Shown here: positions 36,898 through 48,109 of the stretch, piece after piece | Numbering within the stretch: position 1 is the first letter of the stretch | How the letters are laid out: every line of letters starts with the position of its first letter | Assembly (NCBI GenBank): GCA_030141605.1 | Contig: JAQGDQ010000249.1 | Span: 1-64,000 of the forward strand | Source of the DNA: Tubiluchus corallicola | Lineage: Eukaryota > Animalia > Priapulida | Length of the DNA: 64,000 bases | Direction: 5' to 3' | Notes under the pieces: generated by a model | Database searches by the model: none | Seen by the model: only the letters and a program-made list of their open reading frames with translations | What the model was told of the DNA's origin: nothing | Program-made: the position numbers and the translations under genes

Positions 36898-38280
36898 ATG
36901 TCATTTCCATCATTTCTCAAAACTTGTGCCATTGTTTTTTATTTCCTTGAATGTTTTTGCATCAAAGGAACGTTGTGTAAAACTAAAACAAGGACTGAAA
37001 ATTGCAACAGTTTGTATAACCAGTACAATTTAGAAGTGCTTTATGGCAAAAACTCCAGAACACGAGGTTATTTACTCCACGGAGAGATGCTTCGAGTGGG
37101 AGCATGGAGAGAAGATCCGATGAAGCCATTTCTAGGTCAACTGCTTACGATGCTGAGCCAAGCAGCAAACTTCACGTACAAGGTCACGTACATTAAACGT
37201 TTGGAAACTGCAAAAAATGCAATTGATACAGGAGAATTCGACTTATTATTGGGATTAACTGCAATGGTACCAGAAGGAACGAAAAGTATGACGTTTCTTC
37301 ACCCACTTGCTTATAATTCTTATGTATTTATCACGAAAAGACATCAATTACAAGGTTTTAGTATAATAGACCCATTCACCACACTCGTGTGGTTGCTTCT
37401 GGTATTATATGGCATAGTAGTGGGTACAATACTGTACTATATTGACTACAGCAAAAACCTGCCATACAACGAGGAAGAGATTTTAAAATGCAGCAACTGC
37501 CAAAGAAAACTGGAAAAACCAGTGATAAAGAATGAAAGCAAGGCGTACTTTACTCAGTTCACATTGTCGTCATACCTCCAACAAGGTGGAACATATTTAC
37601 CAAAATGTTTATCTGCTAGGATGCTTATCGGATGGTGGTGGATTTTTGCTTGCATCATCACAGCCATGTACACGGGCACACTGGTTAGCAAATTATTTGT
37701 AAGCAAGCAAGTTTACAAATTCTCTACATTGCAAGAATTGATAGACAGCGACATAGTTCCTGTTACACTAGGTCAGTTGAGCGGCACCATGCAAATGAAA
37801 AACAGACCAGAATTTAGACAACTGTGGCAGAGAATGAAAGCGGATCGTAATGTACCTGCCGACAATGACGAAATGGCATTAGAGCTGACAGCTACTGGAA
37901 AATACACCTTCTTCGAAGAAGAGACTTATACAAAGATCAAGTTAATAAATGATTATGAATTACACGGAAAATGCAGATTTTCTGTTTCCCCGTTTTTGAG
38001 ATTTTCATCAGCATCAGCATTAGTTGTACCACCGAATAGTAACTACACAGAAGCCCTAAATTTTGCTCTTGCTACATTAAAAGAACACGGTCTTGTGGAT
38101 GAACTGCTACAACAATTACTGCAGCCTTCGGAAAAATGTTTAGACTCACCTGTTCAGCATGTAGGCACATTATCAATTAATGTGGAGCAACTTAATGTAG
38201 TTTTTTGGGTGTTGATGTCCGGAATCGGTGTAGCATTGTTTACATTTATTAGCGAGCTTGCTTACAAGAAGTTTATGTGA
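36898..38280 (+). CDS. Variant ionotropic glutamate receptor (IR-like), copy 1, 460 aa, intronless, no ATD
   Basis: Signal peptide; S1 (GEFDLLLG...MTFLHP); pre-M1/M1 (IIDPFTTLVWLL); pore loop SSYLQQG; M3 SARMLIGWWWIFACIITAMYTGTLVS (cf. SYTANLAA); S2; LKEHGLVDEL; M4 (VFWVLMSGIGVALFTFISE). Confidence 0.93.
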   Translation: MSFPSFLKTCAIVFYFLECFCIKGTLCKTKTRTENCNSLYNQYNLEVLYGKNSRTRGYLLHGEMLRVGAWREDPMKPFLGQLLTMLSQAANFTYKVTYIKRLETAKNAIDTGEFDLLLGLTAMVPEGTKSMTFLHPLAYNSYVFITKRHQLQGFSIIDPFTTLVWLLLVLYGIVVGTILYYIDYSKNLPYNEEEILKCSNCQRKLEKPVIKNESKAYFTQFTLSSYLQQGGTYLPKCLSARMLIGWWWIFACIITAMYTGTLVSKLFVSKQVYKFSTLQELIDSDIVPVTLGQLSGTMQMKNRPEFRQLWQRMKADRNVPADNDEMALELTATGKYTFFEEETYTKIKLINDYELHGKCRFSVSPFLRFSSASALVVPPNSNYTEALNFALATLKEHGLVDELLQQLLQPSEKCLDSPVQHVGTLSINVEQLNVVFWVLMSGIGVALFTFISELAYKKFM

Positions 38281-40140
38281 AAAGCAACAGATATTGTACT
38301 AACCCTTCAATCTCCAATCATTTACCCTTTTCAAGGTCATCAATAACTGCTGCTTGTTGGCTGATCTCAAACAGTTTTCTTATCTAATGATGCTAGTACA
38401 TGTGCAGCTAAAAAAGAAGTGTGCCATGCAGTTCAGCATTGTGATAATGCATAAATTGTCACTGATTTGATGCATTTAATCCACAATTTCAGGCTGTGTC
38501 CTTCAAATAACCTTGTGTATTGTGAAATGTTTCTTCGACCGTGAAAAGCATTTGGAAAAGTCAGATTAGACAAACTTTATCTTTCAAAACACCTACTTTC
38601 ACACTTTTATATTCCTTGTTGAGCATAAAGTTTCCCATTATATGGGACGACATTGGTGTAACATGTTCTTGTAATAGTTTCCTAAAGGTGGCAGCACTTT
38701 ATAACATGTGCTTTATGTAATAGGTATATCAAGATGTAACGTGGTGTACCAAAAGTGGGAAAAGTCATTATACGTCATAAATTATTTATTTTACATAACA
38801 CCTTTACAACAACTTTGTGTAGTAAAATATGATATTGTGTTCTGCAGCAAACAAGACCAGACCGTACTCTGCTATAGTATTCTTTCAGTTGTTCAATGTT
38901 GAATGTCAACAATTTAACGTGATCTTCAAACCAGTGTGACATCCCCATGAAAGTCAGTAAACCAGCGTAGAACTTAGTTCCTCAGCTTAGAAAGAGTGCA
39001 GTCTGTTAACCTATTAAAGGTTGCACAACAACTTCACACTCACAGAATAAATCTGTGCATCTAGGCAATGTATCTAACTCCAGGCTTATATAGAACGTAC
39101 TTCCTCGGCCTAGCAAGAATGCAGCTTGTTGTCTGTAAACCTATTAAAGGTTGTACAACAACTTCACACTCACAGAATAAATCTGTGCATCTAGGCAATG
39201 TATCTAACTCCAGGGTTATAAGAATGTACTTCCTCAGCCTAGTGAGTTGTGTCTACCAAGAGTACTTTTCTTACTTGCTCAGGCTTATTTGAAATATTGT
39301 TCCTTAGCCTGTATTGAGCTGAACTAACTAGTACTTACCAGGTATTATCAAGCTGCTCATTAGAGCAAGAACATATTCGTCGTCTGTGGTTACTACTGAC
39401 CTAATTGCTGATGGATTTGTACATGACAATTAGCTGTCAGCTAAGAGTGGATAAGCTAAATGGAAAGTAAATGATGAAATTTATTGGCGTATGTTCCATA
39501 TGTGAGTAGATGAAATATCTCATTGTAAAACTCAGTTGTTTATCTGATACAGTAAACTACGTATAATTTGAACTGGTATAACTCGAATTCTTGCGTATCT
39601 CGAACTGGTCTCCTGGACCGGATTTTTTCCTTTCATTTATCCCTTTAATAAACATCGTCTAACTCAAAATCTGTAACTCAAACTATCGCATAACTTGAAC
39701 CAAATTCATGGCACAGTTTTTAAGAATCTGATTGAAATTACCTCAACTGTCTGGAACAGCCTCCCAAGCAAGAAGTCCTATGTGAAAGCATTCACCACAT
39801 TACGATTTTAACTGCTAGTTTCAGCAAAAATGCTAAATTGCTTGTGTTACCTTAGCAGAACACAACATGGCTTAGCAAACATGGTTTAATGTATGTAAAT
39901 CTGATGTTTTTAATGTTTTATTCTACTCTGTTCTTAAGATGATCCATGATTCGCTTAGAGTGAATCCACTTGGCAATTTCAAAGGAGAAGTTGTTCGAAA
40001 CTTTTTCTCCTACAGGGCCCCGTGTTAGCAAAAATTTAAAAAAATGCATAAAAATTCAAAATTTTGAAAATCCCAAAAAATATGATTCTGTGTCTATTAA
40101 TTCCACATCCTGACCTGACATTTCTTACAACTTTGATCCC

Positions 40141-40860
40141 AATGTGGAGTGTTAGGAGTTTTCCTTAGATTTATTTATATAACCTGTTGCGACGAAGCTT
40201 TTGTGTTCTTATGTTGGGATTCATCCAAGGATCGTTTCCAGGATGAACCATTACTGTTTGATTTGGGATAGATTCACAACACAGTTTGTAAATGCATCAA
40301 TACTTAACTTGCATGTTTGGTTTATACTGAGAGTTATTAAAGCATCCAGATGACACTTGATAATTGATTCGGAAAAATATAAAGTATCAACATTTTCATA
40401 CTTCAAAACTTTTCTCACATACCTTTTTACTTAATACATATATAAATTTCATATGGCTCAATATAGGACAGTGTCTGCATGCATCAGCTGTCGCTGTCTG
40501 TACAAACGTCCCAGCAAACCAGTTTGGAATATTTGTAATGATAAGATCTAAACATGATTTTGACTCTGGTGAAATGTGAGTTGGTTCGTTTATTAATGGA
40601 TGCAAACGTTAATTATGCAAATGATAGAAAATCTAGTTCAACTCTTCCCTTCCCTTCCCATTTCTCCTGCTATTGCATTTTCATCCATTCTATTTTATTC
40701 TACTTCCTTCTATACTGTTGCATTTTTGTTCTTTCTAATCTAATTTACAGTTTGCACCTCTCTGATAGTGCTAAGTGTTTTATATTTGCTCTTGTGCAGT
40801 TTCCGCATTCGCTAGCACCAGTCCCGCATACAAAAGCCAAATCTTTTGATACCTAGCAAA
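40141..40860 (-). mobile_element. LINE remnant duplicated with the receptor unit
   Basis: Colinear with 35880-36560; contains endonuclease motifs. Confidence 0.7.
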
Positions 40861-41225
40861 CAAATGCATAGCCAATAATGTTTTCGAAAGTGTAGAATGT
40901 TCTGCAGAATTCTGCTTTTCAATATGTTATTAGTTTAGGTGTTGAGGTAACATTAGCTAGGTGGTAATGTTAACACAGCAAGCAACAGGAGAAGCCTAAT
41001 TGAACACTATACAGTTTGACAGAAATAAAACACGCACCATGTAAATTAGAGTACAGACATTTATGAACAAAGCAAATATTTTAACAAAGCAATCGACCAT
41101 AACATATCGGCATTGTAGTATAAAAGTGGTCAGTTGAAAACATTTTCATCTTCGCTGCATAGTCATATTATGACTGTATAACGTGAATCAGCTAAGGTTA
41201 ATAGTTCGATTTTCCAAAGCAAAAA

Positions 41226-42608
41226 ATGTCATTTGCATCATTTCTCAAAATGTGTGCCATTGTTTTTTATTTCCTTGAATGTTTTTGCATCAAAGGAACG
41301 TCGTGTAAAACTAAAACAAGGACTGAAAATTGTAACAGCTTGTATAACCAGTACAATTTAGAAGTGCTTTATGGTAAAAACTCCAGAACACAGGGTTATT
41401 CACTCCACGGAGAGATGCTTCGAGTGGGAGCATGGAGAGAAGATGCTATGAAGCCATATCTAGATCAGCTGCTCACGATGCTCAGCCAAGCAGCAAACTT
41501 CACGTACAAGGTAACATACATCAAACGTTCGGAAACTCTAAAAAATGCAATTGATACAGGAGAATTCGACTTGTTTTTGGGCCTATGCACAATCTTACCA
41601 GAAAGAGCAAAAAGTATGACTTTTCTTCACCCACTTGTTTATAGTTCTCGTGTATTTATCACAAAAAGAAATCAATTACAAGGTTTTAGTATAGTAGACC
41701 CATTCACCACACTCGTGTGGCTGCTTCTGGTATTATATGGCATAGTAGTGGGTACAATACTTTACTATATTGACTACAGCAAAAACCTGCCGTACAACGG
41801 GGAAGTGATTATAAAATGCAGCAACTGCCAAAGAAAACTGGAAAAACCAGTGATAAAGAATGAAAGTAAGGCGTACTTTACTCAGTTGACACTATCGTCG
41901 TACCTCCGACAAGGGGGAACATATTTACCACAATGTTTATCCGCTAGAATGCTTATTGGATGGTGGTGGATTTTTGCTTGCATCATCACAGCCATGTACA
42001 CGGGCACACTGGTTAGTGAATTATTTGTAAGCAAGCAAGTTTATCCATTCACTACATTGCAAGAGTTGATAGACAGCGACATAGTTCCTGTTACACTAGG
42101 TCAGTTGAGCGCCACCTTGCAAATGAAAAACAGGCCGGAATTTAGACAACTGTGGCAGAGAATGAAAGCGGATCGTAATGTACCTGCTGACAATGAAGAA
42201 GCAGCATTAGAGCTGACAGCTACTGGAAAATACACCTTCTTCACAGAAGAGACTTATGCAAAGCTCTTCTTAATTAAGGATTATGAATTATATGAAAAAT
42301 GCAGATTTTCTGTTTCCCCGTTGTTGAAATTTTCGTCACCATCAGCATTAGTTGTACCAAAGAAAAGTAACTTCACAGAAGCGCTAAATTTTGCTCTTGC
42401 TACATTAAAAGAACACGGTCTTGTGGATGAACTGCTACAACAATTACTGCAGCCTTCGGAAAAATGCTTAGACTCACCTGTTCAGCATGTGGGCACATTA
42501 TCAATTAATGTGGAGCAACTTGACGTAGTTTTTTGGGGGTTGATATTTGGAATCGGTGTAGCATTGTTTACATTTATTAGCGAGCTTGCTTACAAGAAGT
42601 TTATGTGA
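41226..42608 (+). CDS. IR-like receptor copy 2, 460 aa
   Basis: Same architecture as copy 1; the pore loop reads SSYLRQG. Confidence 0.93.
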   Translation: MSFASFLKMCAIVFYFLECFCIKGTSCKTKTRTENCNSLYNQYNLEVLYGKNSRTQGYSLHGEMLRVGAWREDAMKPYLDQLLTMLSQAANFTYKVTYIKRSETLKNAIDTGEFDLFLGLCTILPERAKSMTFLHPLVYSSRVFITKRNQLQGFSIVDPFTTLVWLLLVLYGIVVGTILYYIDYSKNLPYNGEVIIKCSNCQRKLEKPVIKNESKAYFTQLTLSSYLRQGGTYLPQCLSARMLIGWWWIFACIITAMYTGTLVSELFVSKQVYPFTTLQELIDSDIVPVTLGQLSATLQMKNRPEFRQLWQRMKADRNVPADNEEAALELTATGKYTFFTEETYAKLFLIKDYELYEKCRFSVSPLLKFSSPSALVVPKKSNFTEALNFALATLKEHGLVDELLQQLLQPSEKCLDSPVQHVGTLSINVEQLDVVFWGLIFGIGVALFTFISELAYKKFM

Positions 42609-44309
42609 AAATCAATAGTTTATGTGCTGACCTCATTGCTGACGGATTTGTAGATGATAATCATTTATCAGCTAACAGTGGATATGCTAAATTCAAACTA
42701 AATGATGAAATTGACTGGAGTGTGTTCAGTATACGAGTAGATAAGATATCTCATTGTAAAAGTCAGTTGTTTAGCTGATGCGGTAAACTATGTATAACTT
42801 GAACTGATATAATTTGAATTCTTGCGTATCTCGAACAGATCTTGTGGACCGGATTTTCCTTTCACTTTTCCATTTAATAAACATCGTGTAACTCAGATTA
42901 TCGCATAACTTGAACCAAATTCCCGGTACAGTTTTTACGAAATGTACTGAAATTATCTTGCCTGTATGGAACAGCCTCCCAAGAGAGAAGTCTTACGTGA
43001 AAGCGTTCACCACATTACGATTTTAACTGCTAGTTTCAGTGAAAATGCTAAATTGCTTGTGTTACCTTAGTAGAACGCTGCACACGACATGGCTTAACGA
43101 ACATGGTATAACGTAGATCACAATATTAGTATTGCTAAATTCTATTAACAGTGGTACTCAGACTACAGTACATGATGTAGGCATGGTGACTGTAGGTCTG
43201 GTGCCAGATTTAGACTTGGTGGGGCCCTAGACTATATAAAGCCCTGGGCCTGGTCTCAGAAAACTTGGAAATAAATACGCCTCTTAATTATTTAATATCA
43301 AAGTGAGCAATACAAATTATTTTCAAATGAATGACTTACTGGCAACATATTAATAATTTGGTTTGCTTAAACTCTGTCATGTACATTTTGTGTTATAATG
43401 AAATGCAGCTATGACGGATGACCCAAATACTAAACAAAGGGGAGAAATAGCAAAAATTGAAAAAAAATCGTAAAAAATGTAAATCTCGAAAATTTTGGAA
43501 ATCATTTAACAACTTTTATAAGGTTTATCAGAAAAACAGTTAAAGAAAGCATTGCTTAATACTATTTTAAATTAAATTATGTTTTAATCTGTTGTGTCAT
43601 TTTTGAAATCTTAGCAACTTTTAGATTTTATCATTCTGATTTTAATCTTTAATCACCTTAATTTTTCTTAATTGGGTATGACTTTTATCAGTACTTTTAC
43701 TTCTTAGTACTTTTAGCCTAAAATGGTGTTTTACCCCTAATCTAGTTCTATTATATTTAGTAAATAATTTTTAACTGTTTTTTAATCTTTCAATTTTTCA
43801 GTTTTCAATTATACTTTATGAATTTTTTTAATTTTAACTTTATGACTCTTATTAGACTTATTTTATGAAACTTATTAACAATTTAAAATTCCTAATTCTT
43901 GATGCTTGGGGTTTTAATTAAAATGTTCATTTAATTTAATATGTGCTACTAAAGTGTAATTTTTATTTGTTTAATTTCACTTATTTGAAATTATCTATTT
44001 AAAGTGCTAATCATGCATGGACCATCATGGAAATATTGTATTATATTCAATTATGATCCACATCCATGTAAAAAAATAAATTTCTGTTTTATTCTGTTCT
44101 TAGGATGATCCATGATTCGTTTTGAGTGAATCCACTTGGCAATTTCAAAGGAGATCTTGTTTGAAACTTGTTCTCCTATAGGCCCCGTGTTAGCGAAAAT
44201 TTTAAAAAATCGTAAAAATTTAAATTCAAAATTTTGAAAATCCGCAAAAAGATGATTCTGTGTCTGTTAGTTCCACATCCTGACCTGACATTTCTTACAA
44301 CTTTGATCC

Positions 44310-45015
44310 CAATGTGGAGTGTTAGGAGTTTTCCTTAGATTTATTATATAACCTGTTGCGACGAAGCTTTTGTATTCTTATGTTGGGATTCATCCAAGGA
44401 TCATTTCCGTTTTGTTTGATTTGGGATAGATCCACAACACAGTTTGTAAATGCATCAATAATTAACTTGCATGTTTGGTTTACATTGAGAGTTATTAAAG
44501 CATCCAGATGACATTTGATAATTGATTTGAAAAATATAAAGTATCAACATTTTCATACTTCAAAACTTTTCTCACATACCTTTTTACTTAATATATATAT
44601 AAATTTCATATGGCTCAATATAGGACAGTGTCTGCATGCATCAGCAGTCGCAGTCTGCACAAACGTTCCAGCAAACCAGTTTGGAATATTTGTAATGATA
44701 AGATCTAAACATGATTTTGATTCTGGTGAAATGTGAGTGGCTTCGTTTATTAATGGATGCAGACTTTAATTAAGTAAATGATACAAAATCTGATTCAACT
44801 CTTCTCTTCCCCTCCCATTTCCTCTCTTATGGCATTTTGATCTATTCTTTTTTATTCTACTTCGTTCAACAGTTTTGCACTTTCGTTCTTTCTAATCTAA
44901 TTTGCAGCTTGTACCTCGCGGTTAGAGCTTAGCATAGTATATTTGCTCTTGTACAGTTTTCGCATCTGCTAGCACTAGATCCGCATACAAAAGCCAAATC
45001 TTTTGATACCTAACA
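44310..45015 (-). mobile_element. LINE remnant duplicated with the receptor unit
   Basis: Colinear with 40141-40860. Confidence 0.7.
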
Positions 45016-45362
45016 AACAATCGTATAGGCAATATCGTCTTTGCAATATAATATTAGTTTAGGTGTTGAGGTAACATTAGCTAGGTGGTAATATTAACAC
45101 AGGTGGCAACACGAGAAGCCTTATTAAACACGAGACAGTTTGACAGATAAAACAAACATGTAGACTGGCACCCGGTGAATTAGCATACAGACTATTATGA
45201 TTAATGCAAATATATTTACAAAGTAATCGACCATAACATATTAGCATTGTAGTATAAAAGTGGTCAGCTGAAGAAATTTCATCATCATCCTCCCTGGATA
45301 GGCATATTATGATTGTATAACGTGAATCAGCTAAAGTTAATGACTCAATGTTCAAAGCAAAA

Positions 45363-46745
45363 ATGACATTTGCATCATTTCTCAAAACGTGTGCCATTGT
45401 GTTTTATTTCCTTGAATGTTTTTGCATCAAAGGAACGTTGTGTAAAACTAAAACAAGGACTGAAAATTGTAACAGCTCGTATAACCTGTTCAATTTAGAT
45501 GCGCTTTATGGTAAAAACTCCGGAACAGAGGGTTATTCACTCCACGGAGAGATGCTTCGAGTGGGAGCATGGAGAGACGATGCTACGAAGCCATATCTAG
45601 ATCAGCTGCTCACGATGCTCAGCCAAGCAGCAAACTTCACGTACAAGGTGACATACATTAAACGTTCAGGAACTCTAAAAAATGTAATTGATACAGGAGA
45701 ATTCGACTTGTTATTGGGATTAGTCACAATGTTACCAGAAAGAGCAAAAAGTATGACGTTTCTTCACCCACTTGTTTATAGTTCTCATGTATTTATCACA
45801 AAAAGACATCAATTACAAGGTTTCAGTATAATAGATCCATTCACCACACTCGTGTGGCTGCTTCTGGTATTATATGGCATAGTTGTGGGTACAATACTTT
45901 ACTATATTGACTACAGCAAAAACCTGCCGTACATCGAGGAAGAGATTATAAAATGCAGCAACTGCCAAAGAAAACTGGAAAAACCAGTGATAAAGAATGA
46001 AAGTAAGGCGTACTTTACTCGGTTCACACTATCGTCGTACCTTCAACAAGGTGGAACATATTTACCAGAATGTTTATCTGCTAGGATGCTTATCGGATGG
46101 TGGTGGATTTTTGCTTGCATCATCACAGCCATGTACACGGGCACACTGGTTAGTAAATTATTTGTAAGCAAGCAAGTTTATCCATTCTCTACATTGCAAG
46201 AATTGATAGACAGCGACATAGTTCCTGTTACACTAGGTCAGTTCAGTGGCGCCATGCAGATGAAAAACAGACCGGAATTTAGACAACTGTGGCAGAGAAT
46301 GAAAGTAGATCCTAATGTACCTACCGACAGTGCAGAGATGGCATTGGAACTGACAGCTACTGGAAAATACACCTACTTCGGAGAAGAGACAAATACAAAG
46401 TTCTTCTTAATTAAGGATTATGAATTGCACGGAAAATGCAGATTTTCTGTTTCCCCGTTGTTGAAATTTTTGTCACCATCAGCATTAGTTGTACAAAAGA
46501 AAAGTAACTACACTGATGTCCTAAATTTTGCTCTTGCTACATTAAAGGAACACGGTCTTGTGGACAAACTGCTACAACGATTACTGCAGCCTTCGGAAAA
46601 ATGTTTAGACTCACCTGTTCAGCATGTAGGCACGTTATCAATTAATGTGGAGCAACTTGACGTAGTTTTTTGGGGGTTGATATATGGAATCGGTGTAGCA
46701 TTGTTTACAGTTATTAGCAAGCTTGCTTACAAGAAGTTTATGTGA
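45363..46745 (+). CDS. IR-like receptor copy 3, 460 aa from the conserved ATG
   Basis: Same architecture. The ATG homologous to the paralogs is at 45363; an in-frame upstream ATG exists at 45348. Confidence 0.93.
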   Translation: MTFASFLKTCAIVFYFLECFCIKGTLCKTKTRTENCNSSYNLFNLDALYGKNSGTEGYSLHGEMLRVGAWRDDATKPYLDQLLTMLSQAANFTYKVTYIKRSGTLKNVIDTGEFDLLLGLVTMLPERAKSMTFLHPLVYSSHVFITKRHQLQGFSIIDPFTTLVWLLLVLYGIVVGTILYYIDYSKNLPYIEEEIIKCSNCQRKLEKPVIKNESKAYFTRFTLSSYLQQGGTYLPECLSARMLIGWWWIFACIITAMYTGTLVSKLFVSKQVYPFSTLQELIDSDIVPVTLGQFSGAMQMKNRPEFRQLWQRMKVDPNVPTDSAEMALELTATGKYTYFGEETNTKFFLIKDYELHGKCRFSVSPLLKFLSPSALVVQKKSNYTDVLNFALATLKEHGLVDKLLQRLLQPSEKCLDSPVQHVGTLSINVEQLDVVFWGLIYGIGVALFTVISKLAYKKFM

Positions 46746-48109
46746 AAAGCAACAGATATTGTACTAACCCTACAATCTCCAATCATTTACCCTTTTCAAG
46801 GTCATCAATAACTGCTGCTTGTTGGCTGATCTCAAACAGTTTTCCTATCTAATGATGGTAGTACATGTGCAGCTAAAAAAGAAGTGTGCCATGCAGTTCA
46901 GCATTGTGATAATCATAAACTGTCACAGATTTGATGCATTTAATCCACAATTTCAGGCTGTTTCCTTCAAATAACCTTGTGTATTGCAAAATGTTTCTTC
47001 GGCCGTGAAAAGCATCTGGAAACGTCAGACTAGACAAACTTTACCTTTCAAAACACCTACTTTCACACTTTTATATTCCTTGATTAGCATAAAGTTTTCC
47101 CATTACATGGTCGAACAACATAGGTGTAACATGTTCTTGTAATACTTTCCTAAAGGTGGCAGCACTTTATAAACATGTGCTTTACGTAATAGGTATATCA
47201 AGATGTAACATGATGTACCAAAAGTGGGATAAGTCATAATACGTCATAAATTATTTATTTTACATAACACCTTTACAACAACTTTGTGTAGCAAAATATG
47301 ATATTGTGTTCTGCAGCAAACAAGACCAGGCCATACTCTGCTATAGTATTCTTTTACTTGTTCAATGATGAATATCAACAATTTAACATGATGCTCAAAC
47401 CAGTGTGACATCCCCGTGAGAGTCAGTAAGCCAACATAAAACTTAGTCCCTTAACCTAGCAAAAGTGCAGCTTGTTGTCTGTTAACCTATTAAAGGTTGC
47501 ACAACAACTTCACACTCACACACTAAATCTGTGCATCTAGGCAATGTATCTAACTCCAGGCTTACATAGAACGTACTTCCTCAGGTTAGCAAGAATGCAG
47601 CTTGTTGTCTGTTAACTTATTAAAGGTTGCACAACAACTGCACACTCACAGAATAAATCCGTGCATCTAGGCAATGTATGTAACTCCAGGCTTATATAGA
47701 ACGTACTTCCTCAGGTTAGCAAGAATGCAGCTTGTTGTCTGTTAACCTATTAAAGGTTGCACAACAACTTCACACTCGCACATTAAATCTGTGCATCTAG
47801 GCAATGTATCTAACTCCAGGGTCATATAGAACGTACTTCCTCAGCCTAGTGAGTTGTGTCTACCAAGAGTACTTTTCTTACTTGCTCAGGCTTATTTGAA
47901 ATATTGTTCCATAGCCTGTATTGAGCTGTACCAACTAGTACTTACCAGGTATTATCAAGCTGCTCATTAGAGCAAGAACATATTCGTCATCTGCGGTTAC
48001 TACTGACCTAATTGCTGATGGATTTGTACGTGATAATTAGCTGTCAGCTAAGAGTGGATAAGCTAAATGGAAAGTAAATGATGAAATTTATTGGAGTATG
48101 TTCCATATG

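Noticed and set aside
36898-38280. Assignment to a named iGluR or IR gene (GRIA, GRIK, IR25a, etc.)
   Set aside because: No ATD and a degenerate SYTANLAAF; too divergent to assign orthology by eye.
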